A DNA stretch of 64,000 nt from a virus. Shown here piece after piece: positions 1 to 9,497 of this stretch. Numbering within the stretch: the first letter of the stretch is position 1; each line of letters starts with the position of its first letter. Location: positions 32,001 through 96,000 of IMG/VR virus record IMGVR_UViG_3300020473_000021, one strand, 5' to 3'. The notes beneath the pieces are model-generated. The model did not search any database. It was not told where the DNA came from and saw only the letters and a program-made list of their open reading frames with translations. The position numbers were made by a program, and so were the translations under genes.

Positions 1-890
1 ATCTCATTACGAGTATCGGTATAACGACGATCTTCCCTTAAGCTTTCTATTACTGTATCACATAACGCAATGGCTTGTCGATATGTAAGGGCATCGAGCT
101 CTTGAGTCTTAACGCCGCCAATACTCTCCAGTCGAATACTTGACAGAAACTTACCTGCGTCATCGTACTCTTTATCCGCCAAGATAAGGCGAGAACCTAA
201 AATAGGCTCATCGATAGGAAGACCAGCGATCATATCACTTCTCTCTTCATAGCCTAAGCGATCTATATAAACTTCAAACAATTCATCTAACTTGTCGCTA
301 TCACCTACCCAATGGACATCTCTTTCAGCACGCTCAGAAATATCTTCTAGTGCATCGATGTATCCATTCGTTGCGCCAGCTAATGTATTCGCCGAATTGT
401 TCTGTTGGAATATACCTGAAGATATATCAAGCACACCCATAGGTCGCTTACCGTCCATCAGAAGTACAGAATGTAGACCAATACTTACACGTCCCGTATT
501 CCAGTCGCTTGATTGTTCTTTGTTTCGTATAGTTTTCTTAATGTCGACGGCTTTATCGTGTAGCTTCTTTCTAGACGAGAACAGTTTATTGACAAGATCT
601 TTTGTCTTATCAATAATAGCTTCTATGGCACGCATAACGGCTGCTATGATGCGATGTACGGGTGAGCCCTTTTGAAAAATACCCGCTTCTAATGATAAGT
701 CTTGCGTAACTAATTTAAGATTTTCTATCGCACTTTCCATGGTAAGGTCACCCGATTCTACTTGAGACTCAAGTGAAGCCGTATAGTGCAATGTACTCTC
801 TAGGTGATCTAGAGAAACAAGACTCTTATCGATATCTTGATGAAGTTGCTCCATGCTTATCGCATCTTGCAGAATGTTTGCTTCTATCAT
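1..890 (-). CDS. Putative internal head (ejection) protein, phiKZ-like; 3' end outside window
   Basis: Not in ORF track (runs off edge). ATG at 890 reads MIEANILQDAISMEQLHQ...ASLESQ...DLSLEAGIFQKG...; segments translated by hand (start region, 5-60) have no stop. Acidic propeptide with several S-x-E sites, typical of substrates of the phiKZ head protease. Confidence 0.65.
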   Translation of the reverse strand, partial: MIEANILQDAISMEQLHQDIDKSLVSLDHLESTLHYTASLESQVESGDLTMESAIENLKLVTQDLSLEAGIFQKGSPVHRIIAAVMRAIEAIIDKTKDLVNKLFSSRKKLHDKAVDIKKTIRNKEQSSDWNTGRVSIGLHSVLLMDGKRPMGVLDISSGIFQQNNSANTLAGATNGYIDALEDISERAERDVHWVGDSDKLDELFEVYIDRLGYEERSDMIAGLPIDEPILGSRLILADKEYDDAGKFLSSIRLESIGGVKTQELDALTYRQAIALCDTVIESLREDRRYTDTRNE

Positions 891-895
891 TTTTA

Positions 896-1276
896 TTACC
901 TTCCACTCATTCCTCTAGATGAAAATGCTTCAATGGCATTGTTCCCATAATAAGCTACGATCAATGTCGCTGAAATGGCATAACACCATCCTACAACAAT
1001 ACCCAACGCTTTGATGACTTCAGTATCGTAAATACCAATAGCAATCCATATCACTGTCTGTATGGCAGTCCACCATAACCCAATGTAAAAACCACGACGT
1101 CTATGATTCCACCAACGTTCTGGATTAGGATGTGTATTAGATCCATTAGAACTTGAGCGCCTTGACGTACTCATGCTCATATTGCGAGATGATGATCGCC
1201 TTGATGTATTTTGTATTGTACTTGACCTTGTATTTGTTTTGGTCTCAGTACTACTTCCCCGGCTTGAACTATACAT
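896..1276 (-). CDS. Small membrane protein, holin candidate (2 TM helices, Ser/Thr/Arg-rich N-terminus)
   Basis: GAGG RBS upstream; two hydrophobic helices (FYIGLWWTAIQTVIWIAIGIY; ALGIVVGWCYAISATLIVAYYG). Confidence 0.5.
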   Translation of the reverse strand: MYSSSRGSSTETKTNTRSSTIQNTSRRSSSRNMSMSTSRRSSSNGSNTHPNPERWWNHRRRGFYIGLWWTAIQTVIWIAIGIYDTEVIKALGIVVGWCYAISATLIVAYYGNNAIEAFSSRGMSGR

Positions 1277-1321
1277 AATGTATTCCTCTATTCGCTATAC
1301 GATTCTACCAGCTCGAGATAA

Positions 1322-1347
1322 TTTCAAACCTATATTACCTATTGGAG
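1322..1347 (+). promoter_or_regulatory. phiKZ-type early promoter (TATATTAC core)
   Basis: TTTCAAACC-TATATTAC-CTATT-GGAG; exact match to the phiKZ early consensus, heading a + strand accessory block. Confidence 0.7.
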
Positions 1348-1374
1348 TATCCTCACGTGAAAAGAGACTCTATT

Positions 1375-1992
1375 ATGATAAACGAATTAAAAATGACAGC
1401 ATACACGAAGTTGCAACTTTTTCATTTGCTAGTCGATAAAGATGAAGAACTACTCCTCGCGATGGGTTGTTCTAGTATACCTAGAAATACGATAGCTGTA
1501 TTCATCAATGATCTACGATGGTGTATCAGTCGTATGAACCCTGCTAAGTTAGTTAATGTATCTGACATTCCAGCCTATGGATTCAAATACAAATTAGCAA
1601 AGCATCGCCGACAACGAATCATCGTCATCGACGTTAATGATCGCCAGTTTATTATTACCTTACGTTGGACGCAACATGGTAAGAATACTCGCGATTCATA
1701 TCTGTCGGATTTGTCAGTTGGCATCGTAGAATACCTCGGTGGACAACTATGGACACCGGTTGATGTTAAGTTTTTACACGCTAAAGTAAATCGTTTGCGG
1801 GATGATCACAGTGTCTTTTTCAGGATCATGAATAAGGCAACTGAAGATCTTGCTAACGCACCTAGTATGGGTATCAACAAAACTCATTATGGTCAAACCC
1901 TGATTGACTGGCTGTACAAATTGGGGGAAGGCCAAGCACCACACATTGACACACACAAAGAAGAGAAGGAGTTCCTACATGGGACACGTTAA
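1375..1992 (+). CDS. Hypothetical early protein
   Basis: ORF; start moved to ATG 1375 because TTG 1342 lies inside the promoter. Confidence 0.75.
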   Translation: MINELKMTAYTKLQLFHLLVDKDEELLLAMGCSSIPRNTIAVFINDLRWCISRMNPAKLVNVSDIPAYGFKYKLAKHRRQRIIVIDVNDRQFIITLRWTQHGKNTRDSYLSDLSVGIVEYLGGQLWTPVDVKFLHAKVNRLRDDHSVFFRIMNKATEDLANAPSMGINKTHYGQTLIDWLYKLGEGQAPHIDTHKEEKEFLHGTR

Positions 1993-3292
1993 CGGATCAA
2001 ACCATATCGAACCGGCTATCCGTAGTCAGATTGGTCGCCACAATATCCATGTTGACGACATTAAAATGTTGAGTCGAGTAGAACGTCAGCGTAACTCAGA
2101 TAACTATCTGCGTAACGTAATGGCTGCTCTACGGGAACATGGAGCACGGGGTAGTCTGGCTAACATGGAAACCGCACTGATTAAGAACTTCAATAAAGTC
2201 AGTAGCGATGGACACAACGTCAGTACTTATTTAGTCGGTGTTGATATCGACTTTGCATTGAATCGGGATTCTTTTAAGAACTCCTGCTTCTACAACTTTC
2301 ACTTAGACCTTGGTGATCAGTTGGGGCTACATTTCAATTCAGACGACCGGATTGAAACGACACCCATGATCACCGACTTGGCTGTTTTTCAGGACGGTAA
2401 GCGCCTTGTTGATGAGGACGTTCACCCAGGTTACATGACATCGATACCAGGACATAACCTCTATCTTGAGTTCCACGATAAAAACGGTTATGTGGATGAC
2501 AGCAATATTCACGATATCTGCTTGCGTACTCGCTTCCGTAATACACAATGGAAGAACGCGGTCATGGGTCGCCACAAAGATGGGTCTAGTCATAACCTGC
2601 GATTCAGCGCAAGGATCTTGGTGGCTATTCAAGTCGATGAAGCGTCTGACAAACTACTTGTTCACTTCAATGAAGATGAGTACAAGAAGCGTTGTGAGCG
2701 CATGGGTCTGGACATTGAGCATGAAGCTTATGAAGATCGGTTCTTACCTTTAAACTCTGTTGTATTCGCATGTCGTGCGACAAAAGTGGGATCTGGGTTA
2801 AGTAAGATGTGGCTCACTAAAGAACAACTTGAAAAGCGTGATATCTACGCCTCACGAGTTAAGTGGGTAAAACATCAAACAGCCGTCAATAAGCAACAGT
2901 CTTGGTTAGAGCGTGAGCGTGCTATGCATGGTAAACCATGTTACATGTTAAATAGCCTACAAAGTAAGCTAGCGTATGCATTGCCTCTTGAAGCACTTGA
3001 TGAGGAGGGTATGATGGCGCTTAACTTTAACCTGTGGGGTCGTCCACGTTATCTAATCGGATTGGAGCTTTATGTTCAAAACACCTACAAGGTAATCGAG
3101 ATAGACCAGAAGAGAGCACTTGAAGAACAGGCTAAACAAGAAGCGTTCGGTGAAGTCTATCAACCGAGCGTTACTGAAGCAACTGCTGGGTCTGTCGTTG
3201 AGCGTCCTAAGAAGACGAATACTTATCGTAGTCTTAGGAATAAGTTCACTATCCCCAACCTTAGTGAGGGTGCAATATGCAACCAGGTTTAA
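1979..3292 (+). CDS. Hypothetical protein
   Basis: Long ORF; AGGAG RBS before ATG 1979, overlapping the previous gene end. Confidence 0.8.
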   Translation: MGHVNGSNHIEPAIRSQIGRHNIHVDDIKMLSRVERQRNSDNYLRNVMAALREHGARGSLANMETALIKNFNKVSSDGHNVSTYLVGVDIDFALNRDSFKNSCFYNFHLDLGDQLGLHFNSDDRIETTPMITDLAVFQDGKRLVDEDVHPGYMTSIPGHNLYLEFHDKNGYVDDSNIHDICLRTRFRNTQWKNAVMGRHKDGSSHNLRFSARILVAIQVDEASDKLLVHFNEDEYKKRCERMGLDIEHEAYEDRFLPLNSVVFACRATKVGSGLSKMWLTKEQLEKRDIYASRVKWVKHQTAVNKQQSWLERERAMHGKPCYMLNSLQSKLAYALPLEALDEEGMMALNFNLWGRPRYLIGLELYVQNTYKVIEIDQKRALEEQAKQEAFGEVYQPSVTEATAGSVVERPKKTNTYRSLRNKFTIPNLSEGAICNQV

Positions 3293-3474
3293 TGTCAGCA
3301 ATAGCGGCCGGATTAAGTTCCGGCCAACTCTCCTCTACTCAAAAGCTACCATTGCATGGCATGTACGGTAGTTCTCCCCGACAAGGTGAGAAAGTGGGTA
3401 GTGGTAAAAAGCGTAAAGAAATCAAGTCTAACCTCAAAGAGGCCATTCTTAAATTACAAAAATCTAAGGATTGA
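3292..3474 (+). CDS. Small basic hypothetical protein
   Basis: TAATG stop/start overlap; Lys-rich C-terminus; fills the operon gap. Confidence 0.55.
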   Translation: MSAIAAGLSSGQLSSTQKLPLHGMYGSSPRQGEKVGSGKKRKEIKSNLKEAILKLQKSKD

Positions 3475-3477
3475 GTT

Positions 3478-3903
3478 TTGGAAATCGACACACATAAGGT
3501 TACATTTCTACTGGATGAGATACTGCCGGTATTTGAACATCATCTACGTAAAACACCAACCGATCCATCATCACTGATCGATCAGATAAATCGTGGTGAT
3601 TGTGGGTTGTTCTCACTTTGCTTAGGTTCAGGTCTTGAAGCGATGGGTGAGACGGTCACCTACATCGAGGTCAACGGCCAATTTCGAGGTCACGCATTTG
3701 TTAAGTGGGGCGATAAGTATTTCGACTCTGTCAATCCAGAAGGACTTGACTCGTTAGAGAAGTCTAAGTTCTGGAAAGAAGACATGCGTGTCTCTGAGCA
3801 AGATTATGAAACTCAAAAACGTTCTTGGGTACATGAAACCGATGATTTGGGATTAGCGATCTTAAATGATTGGAAAGAAGTCCTAAGAACTCTTAATGAG
3901 TAA
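3478..3903 (+). CDS. Putative papain/transglutaminase-fold protein (Cys-His-Asp)
   Basis: GDCGLF...GHAFVKWGDKYFDS gives a C-H-D triad in typical spacing. Confidence 0.55.
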   Translation: MEIDTHKVTFLLDEILPVFEHHLRKTPTDPSSLIDQINRGDCGLFSLCLGSGLEAMGETVTYIEVNGQFRGHAFVKWGDKYFDSVNPEGLDSLEKSKFWKEDMRVSEQDYETQKRSWVHETDDLGLAILNDWKEVLRTLNE

Positions 3904-3912
3904 GGATAAAAA

Positions 3913-4728
3913 ATGAACGACTTAGATAAGTTGGAAATAAAGTTAAGTACATCGCAAGAATCATTATTTCGCATGTTTCATTTCATCAGTACAAAATTCC
4001 CTGATGTACCAAGCGATATCATCGATCCGGTCATGAAACAACACGAACAAATTGCCATTGGTATATTTGAACACAAAATGGGCGGCGATTTGAGTCGCTT
4101 TAAAAATCGATTCAGACCTGCTGGCGTCGGAACGTATGGTACCATCCTTACTTGGTTGTTAAAGCCTATTGAATTGGGTGAAACCATCGTCGCGGTCGAT
4201 GGAATAACTATCAGACGGTCTAAAGAAAAAGAGTGGGCTGCTGACTTTCTAGAAGTTGTTATCGATCAAGTCACTTTCCGATTGACAGCCTTGATGGACA
4301 TCCCTTCCACCATCGCACTCATCTACGATCTATTCATTAGACGGCCCACCAACGCGCCTAATCTTGAGTTCAGCGATCGGTTAAGGCTACTTAACGCATC
4401 TGTTGCGACTTTAAATAAAGAATTTATGGAAGTGGCAGCTAAGCGTGATATGTTCTCTAAGTATGATTTTAAACCCAACGATGAGGGGTTTGTTAAAGGT
4501 CAACTTAGAGTCAAAGGCGCTGGCATGATAAATGTCAGGATTAAGACGGATGACTTTGGGTGGGTTCACGATAACCTAAGGATCATCGAAACGGGTTATG
4601 ACGGTTTCGATTCAAACATAATGCACCGTTTCCATGTAGCTAGCATACTTCGGGAGCTAATGGATAATGGTGAATATGAGACTGAATTTCCCAAAGAGTG
4701 TTTGGAGGATGAAGACGATGGCAGTTAA
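3913..4728 (+). CDS. Hypothetical protein
   Basis: ORF with AAGGA RBS, tight operon packing. Confidence 0.8.
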   Translation: MNDLDKLEIKLSTSQESLFRMFHFISTKFPDVPSDIIDPVMKQHEQIAIGIFEHKMGGDLSRFKNRFRPAGVGTYGTILTWLLKPIELGETIVAVDGITIRRSKEKEWAADFLEVVIDQVTFRLTALMDIPSTIALIYDLFIRRPTNAPNLEFSDRLRLLNASVATLNKEFMEVAAKRDMFSKYDFKPNDEGFVKGQLRVKGAGMINVRIKTDDFGWVHDNLRIIETGYDGFDSNIMHRFHVASILRELMDNGEYETEFPKECLEDEDDGS

Positions 4729-5065
4729 GGCAATGGTAGGTAATAAACGCGTCCCTTCTGTCGATATCACTCGGTTGTCAGTGTTACTACAGACAATCGC
4801 TAAACACGATATTGATCTAGAAGAAATGGTCTTAGCACAAGTTGTTTCTGGTGATGGGACACAGGTCTTCAATGTAGGCTGTAGTTTCGGCGTGACAGAG
4901 GGTGGCAAACCCTACTTCCACATGGATCATCCTGACTTAGGGATTTATTCCGTCAGTAAGTCAGGTGGTTCAGCCGATATCGTGCAGATACCTAAAACGG
5001 TAGAGCAAGCTCAGGCAATGAAAGCGGTAGCCGAGCGCTATATTGAAACACATACTCGTCGATAG
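4718..5065 (+). CDS. Hypothetical protein
   Basis: GGAGG RBS before ATG 4718. Confidence 0.75.
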   Translation: MAVKAMVGNKRVPSVDITRLSVLLQTIAKHDIDLEEMVLAQVVSGDGTQVFNVGCSFGVTEGGKPYFHMDHPDLGIYSVSKSGGSADIVQIPKTVEQAQAMKAVAERYIETHTRR

Positions 5066-5076
5066 GAGACATCTTA

Positions 5077-5967
5077 ATGTGTTCTGATAAAAAGAAAGAT
5101 CCGGTACCGCAACAACATTGGCCCACCACATGTTTGGTATCGCAAGCTGAACCGGGTGAGTTACGTGCCAACAGCATCATCGCAGTAGATACGAGTAATC
5201 TACGATATCAGAGTATATTGGTTCCGTTGATCGATGCGATACGTAATAGCCATCCCGACATGCAGAAACTTTACATGGAGGGTCAGTGTTACAACTTCCA
5301 TCTTATCATCAAAAGTCTATTCCCTGAAGCTGAGTGTTATTACAACCAGATAGAAGGTCATATACTAACGCGACTAGGTGGTGAATACTACGATATTCGT
5401 GGTATGATGGAAGAGCTCCCAGAAGGCTATGAGCCGTTCGATAAGACTGGTATAACCGATCATCCAAGTAATTGGGGAAAACGCGATACAAGGCGTTTGA
5501 CGCACTCTGGTGGGGAGGTTGTGGATGCTAACTGGTTATTATCAGGAGATATGGGTGGTAGAGACACTATCGACATGAGCAAAGTCCGCTATGTCCACGG
5601 TAAGATGGAATCTTTTCTTAAGAACTACGATAGTGAATATCACATTCGCCCTGGTAGTCCTGTACTTGCACTTATGTTAGGTCAAGGACTAAGGGAACTT
5701 GGCGCTGACGTTGTGTATGTACAGATCTTCGATGAGGACTCGTGTGATGTAATGGTCAATTGGAACAATGTGTTCTTTGACTATCACCACGGTGATTTTG
5801 ATGCAGTAGTACAATCACCCTTTTGGAGTGAACAAAAAGAAGTCCTCGTCTTAAATGAAGAGGTAACGACTCGTCAACACACGACTGGCTTCGACTATGA
5901 CCTTTTTCCAGGGATGATTCTATCTGAATGGAAACTTGCCTTGGAAGAATTCCCAGAAGAAATTTAA
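5077..5967 (+). CDS. Two-domain papain/transglutaminase-fold protein (intact N-domain, degenerate C-domain)
   Basis: GQCYNF...GHILTRLGGEYYDIRG triad; C-terminal half aligns with 3478..3903 but lacks Cys and His. Confidence 0.55.
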   Translation: MCSDKKKDPVPQQHWPTTCLVSQAEPGELRANSIIAVDTSNLRYQSILVPLIDAIRNSHPDMQKLYMEGQCYNFHLIIKSLFPEAECYYNQIEGHILTRLGGEYYDIRGMMEELPEGYEPFDKTGITDHPSNWGKRDTRRLTHSGGEVVDANWLLSGDMGGRDTIDMSKVRYVHGKMESFLKNYDSEYHIRPGSPVLALMLGQGLRELGADVVYVQIFDEDSCDVMVNWNNVFFDYHHGDFDAVVQSPFWSEQKEVLVLNEEVTTRQHTTGFDYDLFPGMILSEWKLALEEFPEEI

Positions 5968-5979
5968 TAAGGAGATTTA

Positions 5980-7065
5980 ATGTCTGACATTAGTACCATT
6001 TCAGGTGCACTTACGTGTTCCATGGAACCTAGTGTATTATTAGAGAAATCAGTAAGGCACCATATGCTCGCAAATGGGTTATCTTTTTTAGAGGGAGTTA
6101 ACCATTTAGGGTTGGTGGATATTGATCACGAAATATTAGAATCAGCTCATCGAAAACTAATTTCGATGGGTTGGAATTCTAGATTAACTAAAAGCGAGGG
6201 ATATGGGCAAGATAATAATTTAGAGACTGTTGTCGCTTTTCATTTCAAAGACGATAAGATAATCGGACTTATAATCGTTAGATGGGTTAGACATTCAGAT
6301 ACTCTAAGAATGGGTTACTTGATTGTTGATGATCTGAAAGAGCACAAATTAAAGACGTTAGATATATTTAAACCGTACGTCATGCCACAGCCTGTGGAAA
6401 TTAATACTCTAGTAGGATTCGACGAAAGTAAAGGTAACCCCAAGTTAGTAAGTCGCAAAATAGGCGGTAACGATAACGTCCCCCTAGATTGTTTTTATCC
6501 TTTCATTGAAGAAAGTATAGATGATCTATCGTCTAACTACATCAAGTCGAACGGTAACTTACTACTACTAATGGGTATTCCTGGAAGTGGTAAAACCACA
6601 TTGATGCGGGATATTTGTAGGAGACAAAGAGATAGAGATATCTATCAGATATCAGGACCTACTCTGATAAATCATCCGCTGTTCAACGAGTTCATATCTG
6701 AACTTAAAGACGGGTCCGTTGTAGTCATTGAAGACGCCGATGAATTACTTATGTCTAGACGCGGTGGCAATCAGACCATGTCCATGTTGTTGAATGAGTT
6801 GGATGGTATCGCCACACGAGATGTTAAGATCATAATGTCTACAAACTTACCCAATGTAAACGATATCGATGAAGCTATTTACCGCACTGGTCGGTGTTAT
6901 AAGGTAATTAACTTTAGAAAACTCAACCTCGATGAGATCAACATCATCGCCTCTGAATGCGATATTGATGTGTCACATATAAGTGATAAATCAGTTTTAG
7001 CTGATGTTTTCAACACATCTCCCATTCGCGATAAAGACGTCAAATCAAGTGTCGGGTTTCTATAA
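5980..7065 (+). CDS. AAA+ family ATPase
   Basis: Walker A GIPGSGKT, Walker B VVVIEDAD, LLNELDG, STN sensor, DEAIYRTGR arginine finger. Confidence 0.9.
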   Translation: MSDISTISGALTCSMEPSVLLEKSVRHHMLANGLSFLEGVNHLGLVDIDHEILESAHRKLISMGWNSRLTKSEGYGQDNNLETVVAFHFKDDKIIGLIIVRWVRHSDTLRMGYLIVDDLKEHKLKTLDIFKPYVMPQPVEINTLVGFDESKGNPKLVSRKIGGNDNVPLDCFYPFIEESIDDLSSNYIKSNGNLLLLMGIPGSGKTTLMRDICRRQRDRDIYQISGPTLINHPLFNEFISELKDGSVVVIEDADELLMSRRGGNQTMSMLLNELDGIATRDVKIIMSTNLPNVNDIDEAIYRTGRCYKVINFRKLNLDEINIIASECDIDVSHISDKSVLADVFNTSPIRDKDVKSSVGFL

Positions 7066-7096
7066 CCGACCAGAAAACAATTGAGAGGAAGATACT

Positions 7097-7474
7097 ATGT
7101 TATCTAAATACGAAAACGTAAGTAAGCCTTCAGAGTTCAAAAACAACACCCTAAGATTGTTTATGGGTGATGATCCCGAGCAATCTCCTGAACATAATGT
7201 AAAGACTGGGTATCTTGCAATTTTTGATGCTGATAAAAATTATCCAACGAAGGAAGAACTTAATAAATTAAAGCAGGATTGTTTTGAAGCTTATGGTTTT
7301 TCCCATGTAAGTCTGAACGATCAACCCTTTCAGACGATGGGTGCTGACACTAGTAAATACGATATAACCATAGAAATTTGGGCATTCGAAAGTGAAGAGC
7401 CCGACGATACGGGTAAGAAGGATGTTGAGTTATTTCACATCATCTATTTAAACGGCGTATCGACACTGCACTGA
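7097..7474 (+). CDS. Hypothetical acidic protein
   Basis: ORF with GAGG RBS. Confidence 0.75.
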   Translation: MLSKYENVSKPSEFKNNTLRLFMGDDPEQSPEHNVKTGYLAIFDADKNYPTKEELNKLKQDCFEAYGFSHVSLNDQPFQTMGADTSKYDITIEIWAFESEEPDDTGKKDVELFHIIYLNGVSTLH

Positions 7475-7586
7475 TGATTGATTAGCAATCGTTAGTTTTC
7501 AACTGACTGAGATCCATGTTGTTGTGGATTAGGTCATTACATCCAAGATAGCAATATCTTAATTTTACTATACGGAGTAATAAACT

Positions 7587-9404
7587 ATGTCAAATGTAGA
7601 AAATAATGAACCAACTGAAGCGTTGCGCGAATTAATGAAGGGTGCTAAACGTAAAGAGTTTCCGGGATTCAAAACTCGCTGGAAGGCTCTGAATCGTATA
7701 CTGAGCCCAACAGCTAAGTTGGAGCGTGGTAAGTCATTACTCATCGGTGGATTAGAACATAACTATAAAACCGGATTGTTGACGGACTTATTTGTAGACT
7801 GTTGCGTTCTTAATAGCCCGGATGATGTAGCTAAAGATAAGTCTTTAAATATATACATCACAACAGAAACGTTAAAGTCGATGGTGATCTCTGATATTTA
7901 TGAATCTATGACGGGGTCGCCTTGTGACAATGGCGTTGCTGTAGAGGACTTTGTTAACGATGGATTGGGTAAGTCTGGCTTTCACTATCAGATATTTCAG
8001 GCTAACCCGAATGCGTTCGACTATGATGATCTAATCAATAAATTACAATTCCACATCGACACTGGTTGGGATATACACTGTGTTTTTATTGATAACGTTT
8101 TACTCGTCAACGACAAATCAACTAGCCTAGACTCGATGTTAGCTAAATTGAAAGAGTTCATGACTAAGAACAATATTCTTTTTGTGGGAACACACTGGTT
8201 ATCGCAAAAGGCTCACCGCACTCTGATGTATGAGCAAAAGAAAGCCAACAACACTTCTAGTTTCTTAGAAAATATAGTAGATGACAACTTGTGGTTTTCT
8301 AGTAACCAAGTCCCTCGCTTATTTAACGTTGAGTTATTTGTTGATACGGTAAAGTCTTCGGGTGATGATTATTTGCATGTTGCACGTGGGATGGGTGATG
8401 GTCTAGGCGGTATTCCATTTAAAGATCGCAACTTCTATTTACCATTCTCCGAATATTGTAGTCGGGTTAAATCGGACGTGCGCAACGTAGATATATCCAT
8501 CGATAGACTACGTAGCGATCCGTTGGAGTTAAAGACCAATCGATTCAAACCTGATGAGATACTTTTTGAGTCTGGTGGGTTTGTTATTGCATCGGGTACG
8601 TGGACTGAACCGGGTGGTACTCCTATCTCTAATAAGCTGGCATGCCGTTGGCATCCAGATGAAGGAGTTGGCTATCCCAACGGTCGAGGTTATCCGCAAT
8701 GGATGAATCTTGGTCGTCTGATGAAACATGACGTAGAAGAACACAAGCTATCTAAGTTTGGTAAACGCATTAAACTTAACTTTGATCCTGACCACAGTGA
8801 GATAACTGTTGGTAATTGGGTTAAAGCAGATGGTGACTGGTTTCTAGTCAACTACGTCTATGGATCATCGGGTAGTATGGTCAGCGCTATGGGTCGGGGT
8901 AAATCTGGGCCATTCCCAATTGAGGTGGAAGATATCGATGAGGTGGAAACTGGGTTGTCTACCTTAGGTATCTGGCATGCGATGAAAGCTAAAGGTGATT
9001 ATCTTGTGTGGATAACACCACGTGGAGCATTAGCCACTACTAAGGTTGATGATACTATCAATCAAAATGGCAACATCATCCAAAAGAATATCTATCTGGA
9101 AGGCGACTTCATTTGGGATAATAAATATCAAGTGGTAAGTGAACACATTGGTTTCACTTACATGCTAGATGGACATTACCTCATTGGTAAGTTGCCGGGT
9201 GATTTATCGGAAGATGAACTTCACGATCAAGTTCGTAAGATGGGTAGGCACTTTGCCGTTGATGTTATTCGAGACATCAAAGACCTTAAAGAGGGTCACA
9301 ATGTTGAGCATCGAATGGAAGATGAGATTGGTAGTCGTCAGAAAGACGTTTTCCATGGCGATCTTTTATTGGATGCTATCTACTATGATGTTACTGAAGA
9401 GTAA
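7587..9404 (+). CDS. Degenerate DnaB-like helicase domain (phiKZ gp118-type) fused to unknown C-terminal domains
   Basis: TRWKALNRIL...RGKSLLIGGLEHNYKTG resembles the jumbo-phage DnaB Walker A (recalled as GALQHNYKTG); VFID Walker B; no DnaB N-domain. Confidence 0.6.
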   Translation: MSNVENNEPTEALRELMKGAKRKEFPGFKTRWKALNRILSPTAKLERGKSLLIGGLEHNYKTGLLTDLFVDCCVLNSPDDVAKDKSLNIYITTETLKSMVISDIYESMTGSPCDNGVAVEDFVNDGLGKSGFHYQIFQANPNAFDYDDLINKLQFHIDTGWDIHCVFIDNVLLVNDKSTSLDSMLAKLKEFMTKNNILFVGTHWLSQKAHRTLMYEQKKANNTSSFLENIVDDNLWFSSNQVPRLFNVELFVDTVKSSGDDYLHVARGMGDGLGGIPFKDRNFYLPFSEYCSRVKSDVRNVDISIDRLRSDPLELKTNRFKPDEILFESGGFVIASGTWTEPGGTPISNKLACRWHPDEGVGYPNGRGYPQWMNLGRLMKHDVEEHKLSKFGKRIKLNFDPDHSEITVGNWVKADGDWFLVNYVYGSSGSMVSAMGRGKSGPFPIEVEDIDEVETGLSTLGIWHAMKAKGDYLVWITPRGALATTKVDDTINQNGNIIQKNIYLEGDFIWDNKYQVVSEHIGFTYMLDGHYLIGKLPGDLSEDELHDQVRKMGRHFAVDVIRDIKDLKEGHNVEHRMEDEIGSRQKDVFHGDLLLDAIYYDVTEE

Positions 9405-9419
9405 TATCGATCGATAACT

Positions 9420-9449
9420 AGGGAGACTTCGGTCTCCCTTTTATTTTTT
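9420..9449 (+). terminator. Intrinsic terminator
   Basis: GGGAGAC-TTCG-GTCTCCC plus T-tract. Confidence 0.9.
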
Positions 9450-9497
9450 ATCTGTCTGGCTTATCAAATGTGAATAGTTTAAATAATGGAGTAAGGT

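Noticed and set aside
292-675. Short ORF-track entries antisense to or nested in long genes (e.g. 292..675, 29051..29452, 61730..62140)
   Set aside because: Shadow ORFs of well-supported genes on the other strand or frame, without RBS support.
7471-7540. CTGATGA resembling a hammerhead ribozyme core
   Set aside because: No stem II followed by GAAA; the TGA is simply the stop codon of the upstream gene.
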